From: Candidatus Poribacteria bacterium
GTDB taxonomy: Bacteria; Poribacteria; WGA-4E; WGA-3G
Length of the DNA stretch: 64,000 nt
Direction: 5' to 3'
Assembly: GCA_964291315.2 (NCBI GenBank)
Contig: OZ219752.1
Location: forward strand, 96,001-160,000
This document shows, piece after piece, positions 1-9,111 of the stretch. Under the pieces are notes generated by a model that did no database searches, had not been told where the DNA came from, and saw only the letters and a program-made list of their open reading frames with translations. A program made the position numbers and the translations under genes. The number at the start of each line of letters is the position of its first letter. The stretch's first letter is position 1.

Positions 1-669
1 GCTCAAACTTTCCACGAGCATGACGATGGTCAGAATAGAGAGGCCCAGCGGAATTTCATAACTGACAATCTGCGCGGCGGCGCGGAGTGAACCTAAGAGC
101 GACCATTTGCTGTTAGAGGACCAGCCCGCCATAATTACACCCATAACGATGACAGAGGAGATCGCCATGATGTAGAAGATGCCGATATCAAAATCGCTCA
201 CTAATATATTTTGACTGAACGGAATAGCAGCAAAAACAGCAAAAGAGCAAGCAAAAATTACATAAGGAGCAAGCAAGAAAAGCAATTTATCGCCTTGAGG
301 AGGGATATAATCCTCTTTGAAGATCAGTTTAACCCCATCAGCCAACGTTTGAAGGATCCCCCAGGGGCCAACTCGCATGGGGCCCGTTCGATTCTGAAAA
401 CGGGCAGCGACTTTGCGCTCGGCAAGTACTAACACCAATGGAAGCAATGGAACCACAGCAACGAAAATACCAGCACAGGCAAACATAACGAGGACCGTGC
501 CTAACTCCATAGGGAAATGTGAGGCGACCGCCTCCGGCAAACGCGGAACGACAATGTTCTTTACAAATTCCTCCGCCCAATTGAGTCCATCTTGCAAGTT
601 TATATTCGGAAAGAAAGCTTCAGATACACCGAAATATGGGTTTGCAAGCATTGCCCTAAAGTCCGACAT
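1..669 (-). CDS. nuoH: NADH-quinone oxidoreductase subunit H (runs off window edge)
   Basis: Not in the ORF track; translated manually from ATG 669 (AAGGAGGT upstream): ...LAERKVAARFQNRTGPMRVGPWGILQTLADGVKLIFKED...GWSSNSKWSLLGSLRAAAQIVSYE, the NuoH/ND1 signature. Confidence 0.95.
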   Translation of the reverse strand, partial: MSDFRAMLANPYFGVSEAFFPNINLQDGLNWAEEFVKNIVVPRLPEAVASHFPMELGTVLVMFACAGIFVAVVPLLPLVLVLAERKVAARFQNRTGPMRVGPWGILQTLADGVKLIFKEDYIPPQGDKLLFLLAPYVIFACSFAVFAAIPFSQNILVSDFDIGIFYIMAISSVIVMGVIMAGWSSNSKWSLLGSLRAAAQIVSYEIPLGLSILTIVMLVESLS

Positions 670-764
670 CTGACCTCCTTATCTGATTTAACAACCGGTT
701 GCCCAAAATTAACCCCGCATCTTCCCAAGGGAAAATATAGACTATATTACGCCGCCAAGTGCGT

Positions 765-1970
765 TTACCGATCCACCTCACCCATTACAACATCGATACT
801 GCCGATAATGGCGATAATATCTGCTACCATCAAACCCTGACTGAGTTCCTGCAGTGCACTCAGCGCACTAAAGCAGGGAGAACGCCCCTTCACACGCACC
901 GGTTTCGGGGTACCATCACTTACGATATAAAATCCGAGTTCCCCGCGTGGTGCTTCACTGCGAAAATAAATCTCGCCTTTTGGCGGACGGACAGCTTTCA
1001 ATTCTGCCATAATTGGGCCACCCGGAAGCCCTTCTGCTAAAATCTGTCGAACAATTCGGGCAGATTCCTTCATTTCGTCCATCCTGATTTTGTATCGACT
1101 CCAGCAATCACCGACAACTGAGCCTAATTCTGGAACATCCACGGCAACAGGCACATCAAAGTCAAACCTGTCATAAATGGAATACGGTTCGTCTCGCCGG
1201 AGATCCCAATCTATACCAGAACCGCGAAGGTTGGGCCCCGTAGCACCATAACTGAGGGCCATACCCGGGGACATAACAGCGACCCCTGTTGTGCGTTCCG
1301 AGAAGATGCTGTTTTTGGTTAGGAGTTCATTATACTCATCAATCTTCGGTTCAAAATAGTCTAAAAACCCTTCTATCTCATCTAAATAATTCTGCTCGGC
1401 AACAGAGCCGGGCTCCATCGGTATGATCTCGGAGACACCACCGATGCGGACATAGTTATAGGTAAGTCGTGCACCACAGATTTTCTCGAAAAGGAGAAGT
1501 AGCCGCTCACGGTCGCGAAAGGCATAAAGGAAAGGTGTAAACGCACCGAGGTCCATACCGTAGGTTCCAAACGACAAGAGGTGACTGGCTATACGGTTCA
1601 GTTCGCAGATGAGCACCCGAAGGTACTCCGCCCGTTCTGGCACCTTAAAGCTCCGGCGTTCATCCGCCTCCAATAACTTCTCAACGGCAAGACAAAATCC
1701 CCAATTTTGGTTCATCGCTGCTACGTAATCCATCCGGTCAGTAAAGGGAATGATTTGGGGATAAGAGAGATTTTCGGAATGCTTCTCGAAACAGCGATGC
1801 AGGTAGCCGATATGCGGAATCGCTTCACGGACAACCTCACCATCCAATTTCAACTCCAATCGCAACACACCATGTGTACTTGGGTGCTGAGGACCCATGT
1901 TCACCACCATCTCATCGGCGAAGGGTTTTAATTCGATAATTTTACTTTCAGTCTGTTGTGTTGCTTCCAT
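765..1970 (-). CDS. nuoD: NADH-quinone oxidoreductase subunit D
   Basis: NMGPQHPSTHGVLRL, GYLHRCFEK, EAPRGE, C-terminal DVVMGEVDR. Confidence 0.97.
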   Translation of the reverse strand: MEATQQTESKIIELKPFADEMVVNMGPQHPSTHGVLRLELKLDGEVVREAIPHIGYLHRCFEKHSENLSYPQIIPFTDRMDYVAAMNQNWGFCLAVEKLLEADERRSFKVPERAEYLRVLICELNRIASHLLSFGTYGMDLGAFTPFLYAFRDRERLLLLFEKICGARLTYNYVRIGGVSEIIPMEPGSVAEQNYLDEIEGFLDYFEPKIDEYNELLTKNSIFSERTTGVAVMSPGMALSYGATGPNLRGSGIDWDLRRDEPYSIYDRFDFDVPVAVDVPELGSVVGDCWSRYKIRMDEMKESARIVRQILAEGLPGGPIMAELKAVRPPKGEIYFRSEAPRGELGFYIVSDGTPKPVRVKGRSPCFSALSALQELSQGLMVADIIAIIGSIDVVMGEVDR

Positions 1971-2026
1971 AATATGGGTCTTGAAAACTCAAAGTTACTG
2001 CCGACATCTATCTACTCAACCAATAT

Positions 2027-2055
2027 ATGATACCACTTTTGCAGTCTAATGTCAA
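2027..2055 (-). promoter_or_regulatory. sigma70-type promoter inside the nuo operon, upstream of nuoD
   Basis: Minus strand TTGACA-N17-TATCAT in the 300-bp nuoC-nuoD gap. Confidence 0.6.
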
Positions 2056-2270
2056 ATCTCAATCTGTCTTTTTGGCAAAGATTTGTGTCGTGATTCAGGG
2101 GCCTGTCCTATATGAAAATGTTAGACCGGGGTAACATCTCATATTCTAGCATTTGTGTTTACAAACCTGTGTGCGGCCTAAGTATCGGGCATTCTAATTT
2201 CGACGATCAGCTGTGAAAAACGATAAAGTGTAACGTTTTCTGTGTTGCACAGCAACCCACAATCCTCTGC

Positions 2271-2756
2271 TTAATAGGGCACCCGCATGCCGCGGTAAAA
2301 TTCGGGTTCCTTGTAATCCTTGCGTAAGGGGTACCCCTCCCAATCGTCCGGTAATAAGATGCGACGGAGATCCCCGTGTCCCTCAAAGATAATTCCGTAG
2401 AGATCATAAGTTTCACGCTCGTGCCAATCTGCTGTTTTCCAGATATGTGAGACGCTCGGAAGGCGTGGATTCGTTTTCGGTACGAGGGCTTTGAGGACTG
2501 CGCTCTGCCGATGTCGCATAGCATAGATGTGGTAGACGACAGCAAAAACTTCATCTTTGGCGTTCAGATCGAGACCGCTGAGACACATCAAAGAATCGAA
2601 TGCCAAGACATTGGTCTCGGCGAGATATTTGCAGACATCGGCAATTGCTGAGGGGATAATGTGGATGCTCGGGTCACCTGCAAGCTCAGTATCAAAAGCG
2701 AGAATGGCTTCACCAAACTGCTTGGTTAGAACTTCATAGATTTCTTCCGGTTTCAC
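2271..2756 (-). CDS. nuoC: NADH-quinone oxidoreductase subunit C
   Basis: ADWHERETYDLYGIIFEGHGDLRRILLPDDWEGYPLRKDY; GTG start. Confidence 0.96.
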   Translation of the reverse strand: MKPEEIYEVLTKQFGEAILAFDTELAGDPSIHIIPSAIADVCKYLAETNVLAFDSLMCLSGLDLNAKDEVFAVVYHIYAMRHRQSAVLKALVPKTNPRLPSVSHIWKTADWHERETYDLYGIIFEGHGDLRRILLPDDWEGYPLRKDYKEPEFYRGMRVPY

Positions 2757-2817
2757 GCAATTCCTACTCCATGTTCGTAATTATAAATTTGCATCTACCG
2801 TTAGACGCTAAGGTGTG

Positions 2818-3423
2818 CTAAGCAGTATTTTCCGCTTTACCGCCCTCCGCAGCCGGTGTTGCTGCCTCAGACTCAGCTTCAGTTGCCTCAAGTTCGTACC
2901 ATTCCGTTTTGGTAAAGAGCCTTTTCAAGAACGGAACATGTGCACGTTTAGCGACGGTTTGTGTTCTAATTTTCTCTTGTAGTTTGAGCAACCCTTCGAT
3001 AAGTGCTTCTGGCCGTGGTGGACATCCCGGCACATAAACATCAACAGGGATAATACGGTCAACACCTTTGAGGACGTGATACCCGTGTTGCCAATAGGGG
3101 CCACCACTGGTTGCACAGCTCCCCATTGAAATGACATATTTCGGTTCCGGCATCTGTTCATATAATCTGCGGATCCGGGTCGCCATTTTGAGGGTCACCG
3201 TACCAGAAATAACCATCAGGTCAGACTGGCGTGGTGTTGCACGCGGGACCCCAGCACCGAACCGGTCGAGGTCGTAGTTAGAAGCGGCTGTCGCCATAAA
3301 TTCAATCGCACAACATGCAAGACCAAACGTCATGGGCCAAAGTGCAGAGGAACGTGCCCAGTTGGCAACAACGTCAACCGAGGTAACAATAACGTTTTTG
3401 TTTAGTTTCTCATCAATTATCAT
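2818..3423 (-). CDS. nuoB: NADH-quinone oxidoreductase subunit B
   Basis: [32 protein letters not shown]; start trimmed to ATG 3423 (MIIDEK), overlapping the nuoA end. Confidence 0.96.
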   Translation of the reverse strand: MIIDEKLNKNVIVTSVDVVANWARSSALWPMTFGLACCAIEFMATAASNYDLDRFGAGVPRATPRQSDLMVISGTVTLKMATRIRRLYEQMPEPKYVISMGSCATSGGPYWQHGYHVLKGVDRIIPVDVYVPGCPPRPEALIEGLLKLQEKIRTQTVAKRAHVPFLKRLFTKTEWYELEATEAESEAATPAAEGGKAENTA

Positions 3424-3823
3424 AATTTTCTTCCCTCCGTAGAGATTGAACTTCCAACTGTGTGGAGCGGATCCACTCCAGATCACCTTTTGCCCAAACA
3501 TAGGCAAGCCCGACTAAAAGAATAACAATGAAGACGAGCATTTCTAAAAACGCAAAGAGCCCAAAGTCCCGGAAAACAACTGCCCACGGAAAAAGGAACA
3601 CAGCCTCCACATCGAAGATTAGAAAGATAAGCGCGATAACGTAAAAACGCGTGTTAAACTTGATCCGCGTGTCACCGACCGGATCCTCACCACATTCATA
3701 GGGTATATACTTTTCGCCCGAGAATATTTTAGTGTGGAGAAGGCGAGATATAGTCAGATTTAAAACGACAAAGAAACTGCCAACAACTAAGAAGATTAAC
3801 ACATTTGCAAAGTTAAAAAGCAT
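3413..3823 (-). CDS. nuoA: NADH-quinone oxidoreductase subunit A
   Basis: [35 protein letters not shown]. Confidence 0.96.
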   Translation of the reverse strand: MLFNFANVLIFLVVGSFFVVLNLTISRLLHTKIFSGEKYIPYECGEDPVGDTRIKFNTRFYVIALIFLIFDVEAVFLFPWAVVFRDFGLFAFLEMLVFIVILLVGLAYVWAKGDLEWIRSTQLEVQSLRREENYDN

Positions 3824-3888
3824 TCTGGATTATCCTTGAGAACCCCGATGTCGTAAAGACTTTATGCATGAACGATTTCATTCTTAAA

Positions 3889-3917
3889 ATTATATATTAT
3901 TTTCTACTGATTTGCAA
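3889..3917 (-). promoter_or_regulatory. sigma70-type promoter of the nuo operon
   Basis: Minus strand TTGCAA-N17-TATAAT, about 65 nt upstream of the nuoA ATG. Confidence 0.6.
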
Positions 3918-4277
3918 GTAAAATTTCACTCCGTTTTGAACATCGTAGGCAGGCCTGTTTTTCGCGAAAACATCACTCGATCTTCAAATTTAACCCTGAC
4001 GTTTGATCAAACAGGATGTTGTTAGAAACAGGAAGCCTGAAGGTTCAACCTCCGCCACTGTTAATTACTGTGTAATAGAAGAAAATATAAAGTACAATCC
4101 AATGCCCTTTCTTGTGGTAGATAAGGTGGAGATACCATGTAGGCACTCGCCAATAGCAACTGACTGTGCGCTTACAGTAGCAATGTCAATAGTAGCGGCA
4201 CCAATAGGAATACTGACACTTTAGGAGTAAAATAATAGAGGAAATGTTGAGGTATGAACGGGTTCCTACGAAGAATT

Positions 4278-5048
4278 CTACTCTAACGTTATCTTGATTT
4301 CGTTGGATACCAGCGATGCCTTCCCACGTCGTGATTTGACGGGTAAGTAGATTTTCTTCTCTTCATCCTTATGTTTCTCTTGAATGAATTTAATCTGTTC
4401 TTGATAATAATTCGTAGCGTCCTGCTTTGCCGCGGCTTGCAGATTCGGGTCGTTTTGAAGCCGAGCGAGATCTCTTTTTAGTTCAAGCACTTCCGGGTGT
4501 TCCTCGACGATGGATTCTCGGTATACCTCTAATGCCATCTCGAGTGTTATAGTGTAAGTGCCGGGTTGTAACTGATAGTACCTCTGTAAATCTTTCAGCA
4601 TTAATTCCTGACTTGCCGACGCTTTGAGTTCAAATCCCTGAATGCAGCGGACAGATTTTCCATCATGTTGGACATACTTCTGCGGATTCTCTTGTGTGAT
4701 TGCGCGCTTCGGTTCGACAACTTGCCCATTCGCGTTTTTCACGACTACCTGCGTGAAAGCTCCTTTTGTTGCGACTGTAAAAAAAGGTACGAGTAGGTCA
4801 AATTTACCGTTTTGAATATTGATTTCAAGTGGGATATCCTCTTTCACAGCATAATTTGCCTTAGGTGTCGAAAGTTGGAGTTCAGTGAGCGGACGCGGCG
4901 ATTTTTCCATCTCAGGCACAGTCTCATTGGGCCCCGTTTGTATCGTCTGCAAACTTCCGATGCAACCTATGAAGGTAATCAGAAATAATAAAAAACTGCA
5001 ACGGATAAACGGTGATGTGATTTCTAAATCACGGTTGTGCATTATCAT
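4278..5048 (-). CDS. hypothetical protein, probable lipoprotein
   Basis: 256-aa ORF; hydrophobic stretch ending in lipobox-like FIGC; beta-rich body with a helical insertion. Confidence 0.7.
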   Translation of the reverse strand: MIMHNRDLEITSPFIRCSFLLFLITFIGCIGSLQTIQTGPNETVPEMEKSPRPLTELQLSTPKANYAVKEDIPLEINIQNGKFDLLVPFFTVATKGAFTQVVVKNANGQVVEPKRAITQENPQKYVQHDGKSVRCIQGFELKASASQELMLKDLQRYYQLQPGTYTITLEMALEVYRESIVEEHPEVLELKRDLARLQNDPNLQAAAKQDATNYYQEQIKFIQEKHKDEEKKIYLPVKSRRGKASLVSNEIKITLE

Positions 5049-5073
5049 TTTAAGCCTCCTGATGTTTGTTATG

Positions 5074-6153
5074 TCAAAGTGTAATACCTAATCCCGATCG
5101 CGTAGGTACTTCAATGAATCCATCGACGATCTTCTCTGGCGGGGAAACAATGGAAGCGCGCCATTCTACCTCACCCCAAGCGTATTCAAGAATGGCAAAA
5201 TTTGGCACACTTGCCATGCATTGCACGCTCGCAGCCGTTGCGACGGGTCCGCTCGGATTATGAGGCGTTACCATGATGTTGCGTGCGGAAGCCAATATGG
5301 CAATTTCTTTTAGTCCGGAAATTCCACCCACATGTTTGACATCCGGTAAGATATAATTGACCTCCGCATGACTGAGCAACCTATCAAAATCTCTGAGGGT
5401 TCGCAAGTACTCACCGGTTGCAATTGGGATGCCTATGGAGCGGCCCACATGCGCGAAAGCATCAAGATTGTCCAGCGGGACAGCGTCTTCAATCCAGAAG
5501 AGGTTTAAGTCCTCTAGTTCTTTTGCGACTTGTATGATAAGACCCGGATTGAAACGGCTGTGGCAGTCTACCATTAAATCGATATCGCTGCTAATTGCAG
5601 CGCGAATTGCGCGAATCCGATCGATCCCTAAACATATCGCAGGTGTGAGACTCCTGCTTGAAATGTTCGTTGTCGAAACATTATCAAATGGAGCACATTT
5701 GATAGCTGTAAATCCTTCAGCAACAACACGCTCTGCGTTACTAACGAACCCAGATGGACTCCGATCGACTGTAGCGCGGTTAATATTCGCATAGAGACGG
5801 ATCTTTTCCCGGCACTTGCCGCCTAACAATTGGTAACTCGGCACGCCCAACCTCTTACCTACAAGATCGCACAAGGCGTGTTCAATTCCACTGAGCGCGG
5901 TGTGATAAGTATGGCTTTCGCTATCATGATAAAAACGCTGCCGAAACGCCTCTAGTTGGAAGACATTCCATCCCAAAAGTGCGGGTTTAACCCTATCAAT
6001 GAGGTGCTGGACATGAGCGTCATTTCTACCGTGAGATGCCTCTCCTACACCGACTGTGCCATCGTCAGCAAATACCTTGACGAAGAGCCAATTGCCGCGG
6101 TGATTCACCTCAACAACCTCAGTTTCTATGGTTTTAATTTTTAGTGTAGGCAT
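5074..6153 (-). CDS. mandelate racemase/muconate lactonizing (enolase superfamily) dehydratase, galactonate dehydratase-like
   Basis: WLFVKV..DDGTVGVGE, DLMVDCH, WIED, ATGE, PHNPSGP; start trimmed to ATG 6153. Confidence 0.88.
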   Translation of the reverse strand: MPTLKIKTIETEVVEVNHRGNWLFVKVFADDGTVGVGEASHGRNDAHVQHLIDRVKPALLGWNVFQLEAFRQRFYHDSESHTYHTALSGIEHALCDLVGKRLGVPSYQLLGGKCREKIRLYANINRATVDRSPSGFVSNAERVVAEGFTAIKCAPFDNVSTTNISSRSLTPAICLGIDRIRAIRAAISSDIDLMVDCHSRFNPGLIIQVAKELEDLNLFWIEDAVPLDNLDAFAHVGRSIGIPIATGEYLRTLRDFDRLLSHAEVNYILPDVKHVGGISGLKEIAILASARNIMVTPHNPSGPVATAASVQCMASVPNFAILEYAWGEVEWRASIVSPPEKIVDGFIEVPTRSGLGITL

Positions 6154-6193
6154 CCGAGATTTTAGTAGTAGGGTGGCAGAATAGCAGTTGCCT

Positions 6194-6298
6194 ATGGGCA
6201 CAGGTTACTACCTAGCCCTTTCAGCTATCGGTATTTTCAAGAAAGCACCTGATGAACATCACAGGTACACCTGAAAATACCGAGGGACGAAAGCCCAT
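6194..6298. other. structured intergenic element (nested inverted repeats)
   Basis: TCGGTATTTTCA (6228-6239) / TGAAAATACCGA (6272-6283) 12-bp stem with an inner ACCTG/CAGGT stem, closed by ATGGG..CTTTC / GAAAGCCCAT. Confidence 0.55.
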
Positions 6299-6316
6299 TG
6301 CCGTGTGTGAGTTTTT

Positions 6317-6964
6317 TTATGACGCAGCTGCCCATTTTACCCCTTGTGTAAGGAATTTTTGCATGCCCTCGCGTTCAAATGTTCCCGGGCCGTGGCCCAA
6401 AGTCGTGTAAAAGACACGTCCAGAACCGTAAGACTTTACCCATGCCATTGGGTGCGCTTTGCCGTACCATTCAGCAATTGCCAAGACGTGAATGTAGGGA
6501 TCGTGTGCAGAGATATAGATTTCATCTTCTACAGCGAAGTCTTCAACGCCTTGGGTTGTAGGATGCTCCTTGTCCGCAATATGGACGGTAAAGGTCGAGC
6601 CGGGTGGATGCCAATTCGCGGCCCCACCGACGAGCTCCATCGCCTGACCTCCGATCCACCATGCAGCACCGTGAATTCCGATCAAACCTTTGCCTCCACT
6701 GACAAACCGGAAGAGACCTGCTTCTTGATCTGTGGCTAAATCGGGGACGCGCACAACGGATCCATCTCCTTGGCGTTCTGTCCTTGTGAAACCCGTACCA
6801 AAAACGCATGCATCATAGGTGTCCAATTCAGACGATGCTAAAACCCCTTTGTCCTCGACGAGTTTTGCTTTAATATCAGTATCTTTGGAAAGAAAATCGT
6901 GAATGACACGGGCACTCACATTAAAGCGGTGATTGTCGCCCGATAGCACGAGAATGTTCGACAT
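6317..6964 (-). CDS. ThuA (trehalose utilisation, GATase-like) domain protein
   Basis: GGKGLIGIHGA, HP..F.V.DEIY, PMAWVKSYGSGRVFYTTLGH. Confidence 0.88.
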   Translation of the reverse strand: MSNILVLSGDNHRFNVSARVIHDFLSKDTDIKAKLVEDKGVLASSELDTYDACVFGTGFTRTERQGDGSVVRVPDLATDQEAGLFRFVSGGKGLIGIHGAAWWIGGQAMELVGGAANWHPPGSTFTVHIADKEHPTTQGVEDFAVEDEIYISAHDPYIHVLAIAEWYGKAHPMAWVKSYGSGRVFYTTLGHGPGTFEREGMQKFLTQGVKWAAAS

Positions 6965-7364
6965 AAGAACCTCCAAACTAGAACAAATTGTACCCTAAGC
7001 GAGATAATATGGAAACGGTACTGAATCCGCTTCTTACAATGACAAATTGAATCTCCGAATTGGGCTTCGTAGATATAGTAATGCAGACTCAAAATTGTGT
7101 CAAATGAAAATTTGTGTTTTTTTTATTTTTATGGTATATTATTTAAAGAATTCAAAAATCAATTGTGTGTCGGACACTCTGACGGATTGTACTTCAATTA
7201 CACCGTTACAATTGGCACTATTTGGACTTCCTTGAACCTACAACTCCTGTGAGTGTTAGACTTGAAGCGTCTGTAAGTCACAAAATATTGGCAAATGCTC
7301 ATCACTATAGTAAAGCAATTTAATTAGCACATCTATCATCAGCGGGAGGTTGCTTATCTCTATA

Positions 7365-8522
7365 ATGCAATTAGCCTTTGATTTCAATAGACCCAAAGAG
7401 TATACGATTGAGCTTCCCACCCGTATAGACGAGTTTTGGACAGCAAAACAGCGCACCGGCCATTCCCTACATGAAGTTTCATATCGCGCTTGTTACAAAC
7501 CACAAGTACCCGCCTATTTCATCCGGAAGTTCTGCAAACCGGGTTGTGTCATTTATGATCCATTTATGGGCCGTGGAACGACATTGATAGAAGCACAACT
7601 CTATGGACACCGTGTTATAGGTAATGACATAAACCCTTTATCTAAAGTTCTCACGTACCCGCGCCTCAACCCGCCAAAATTAGTAGATATCGAAAAACAG
7701 TTGCAAGAGATAAATCTAAACACAAGTGCGAAAATTGACCAAGAGCTTCTCGTCTTTTTTCATAAGGAGACACTGCAAGAGATCTACGGATGGCGCACCT
7801 ATTTTCAAGGTCATCAATCTGACGTGGTCGATGCGTGGCTACAAATGGTAGCATGTAGTCGTTTAACAGGGCATTCCGCTGGCTTTTTCTCAGTTTTTAC
7901 CTTGCCGCCCAATCTTGCAGCATCGGTTGATTCCCAACGGAGAATCAACAAAAATCGAAATCAAAAACCAGAGTATCGAGATACAAAGGCACTGATCTAT
8001 CGAAAATCTAAATATTTGTTAAGGCAGAGTCTGCCGGACTCTTTTTTTCGCAATGATGCCCTGCTTCTCACTGAGTCTGCAGACAAAACACCGCAAATTG
8101 CGGACGGATCGGTTGATCTTGTTGTTACTTCGCCTCCTTTTCTTGATACTATCGATTATATGCAGGATAACTGGTTACGCATGTGGTTTTGTGGTATAGA
8201 CATTGAACGTGCAAAGGTTTGGCAATTGAAATCTTTGGAGAACTGGGCTGCTCGGATGACAGATGTATTTACAGAGCTCAGACGGGTATTAAAACCGGGA
8301 GGTAGAGTGGCGTTTGAAGTCGGGGAGGTCCGCAACGGAACTGTCTTTTTAGAAGATGCAGTCGTTAAAGCATCTTTAGATGCAAGGCTTATTCCTGAAG
8401 AACTTATGATTAATAAACAATATTTCACAAAAACGGCAAATTGCTGGGGGGTTTCCAACAACAAGCACGGGACAAACAGCAATCGGATCGTCATTTTGAA
8501 AAAAGAAGGCTACTGTATATGA
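7365..8522 (+). CDS. orphan N4-cytosine/N6-adenine DNA methyltransferase
   Basis: Motif I DPFMGRGTT precedes motif IV TSPPF (alpha-type order); no adjacent endonuclease. Confidence 0.85.
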   Translation: MQLAFDFNRPKEYTIELPTRIDEFWTAKQRTGHSLHEVSYRACYKPQVPAYFIRKFCKPGCVIYDPFMGRGTTLIEAQLYGHRVIGNDINPLSKVLTYPRLNPPKLVDIEKQLQEINLNTSAKIDQELLVFFHKETLQEIYGWRTYFQGHQSDVVDAWLQMVACSRLTGHSAGFFSVFTLPPNLAASVDSQRRINKNRNQKPEYRDTKALIYRKSKYLLRQSLPDSFFRNDALLLTESADKTPQIADGSVDLVVTSPPFLDTIDYMQDNWLRMWFCGIDIERAKVWQLKSLENWAARMTDVFTELRRVLKPGGRVAFEVGEVRNGTVFLEDAVVKASLDARLIPEELMINKQYFTKTANCWGVSNNKHGTNSNRIVILKKEGYCI

Positions 8523-9058
8523 ACAAAAAGAGTGTCCAAATGCTCGGACAAATTGCTGGCGGGAGTATCACTGGGCTATTAGGCGGCTGGATATGCCTGT
8601 TACTATTTGAGAATTTTATTTGGCAGGTGCTGATCGGTGCTCGCATTAATCATGGTTTCTGGGTCGGTCTGTTTCTACTCATCGCTATAGGCACCACGTA
8701 CGGTGTTGTCATCGTAGGGACAAGTGTAGGTATGCGTTTTGTGAGTCAGAAATTCGGTGTAGATGTCCCGTTAAAACCGCTCTGTTCAGGAGCTTTTTTA
8801 GGACCACCTGCTGTCGTCGGCTTATTGGCATTGCTTAACGTTCCGTGGGAAATATTTGGTAGACCGAACCTTATTCTGGCCCTGCTTCTTCCGCTGCTTA
8901 AGGCATTGGCGTATGTTGTTTCTCTCCCCATGCGCGGATGGATATCTTTAGGCTTACCGGTCGAGATTTGGTATATCCTTGCTGTTCCTATCGGGGGGAT
9001 ATTCGGATATAAGTTAGCAGCAGGCGAAAATGCCGAAGTCAGTCCGGAACAGGGATAG
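8519..9058 (+). CDS. hypothetical integral membrane protein
   Basis: ATGA overlap with the methyltransferase stop; several Gly-rich hydrophobic segments. Confidence 0.75.
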   Translation: MNKKSVQMLGQIAGGSITGLLGGWICLLLFENFIWQVLIGARINHGFWVGLFLLIAIGTTYGVVIVGTSVGMRFVSQKFGVDVPLKPLCSGAFLGPPAVVGLLALLNVPWEIFGRPNLILALLLPLLKALAYVVSLPMRGWISLGLPVEIWYILAVPIGGIFGYKLAAGENAEVSPEQG

Positions 9059-9111
9059 ATAATATCAGAAAGGTTATTTTTTAATGAACGGTTGCGAAAA
9101 TCTAAGGCTGT

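Noticed and set aside
4003-4224. 73-aa plus-strand ORF in the gap upstream of nuoA
   Set aside because: TTG start, no RBS, no motif; not supportable as a gene
6249-6298. CTGATGA...GAAA resembling a hammerhead ribozyme core
   Set aside because: No stem II closes directly between CUGAUGA and GAAA, and no consistent stem I/III with an NUH cleavage site could be built
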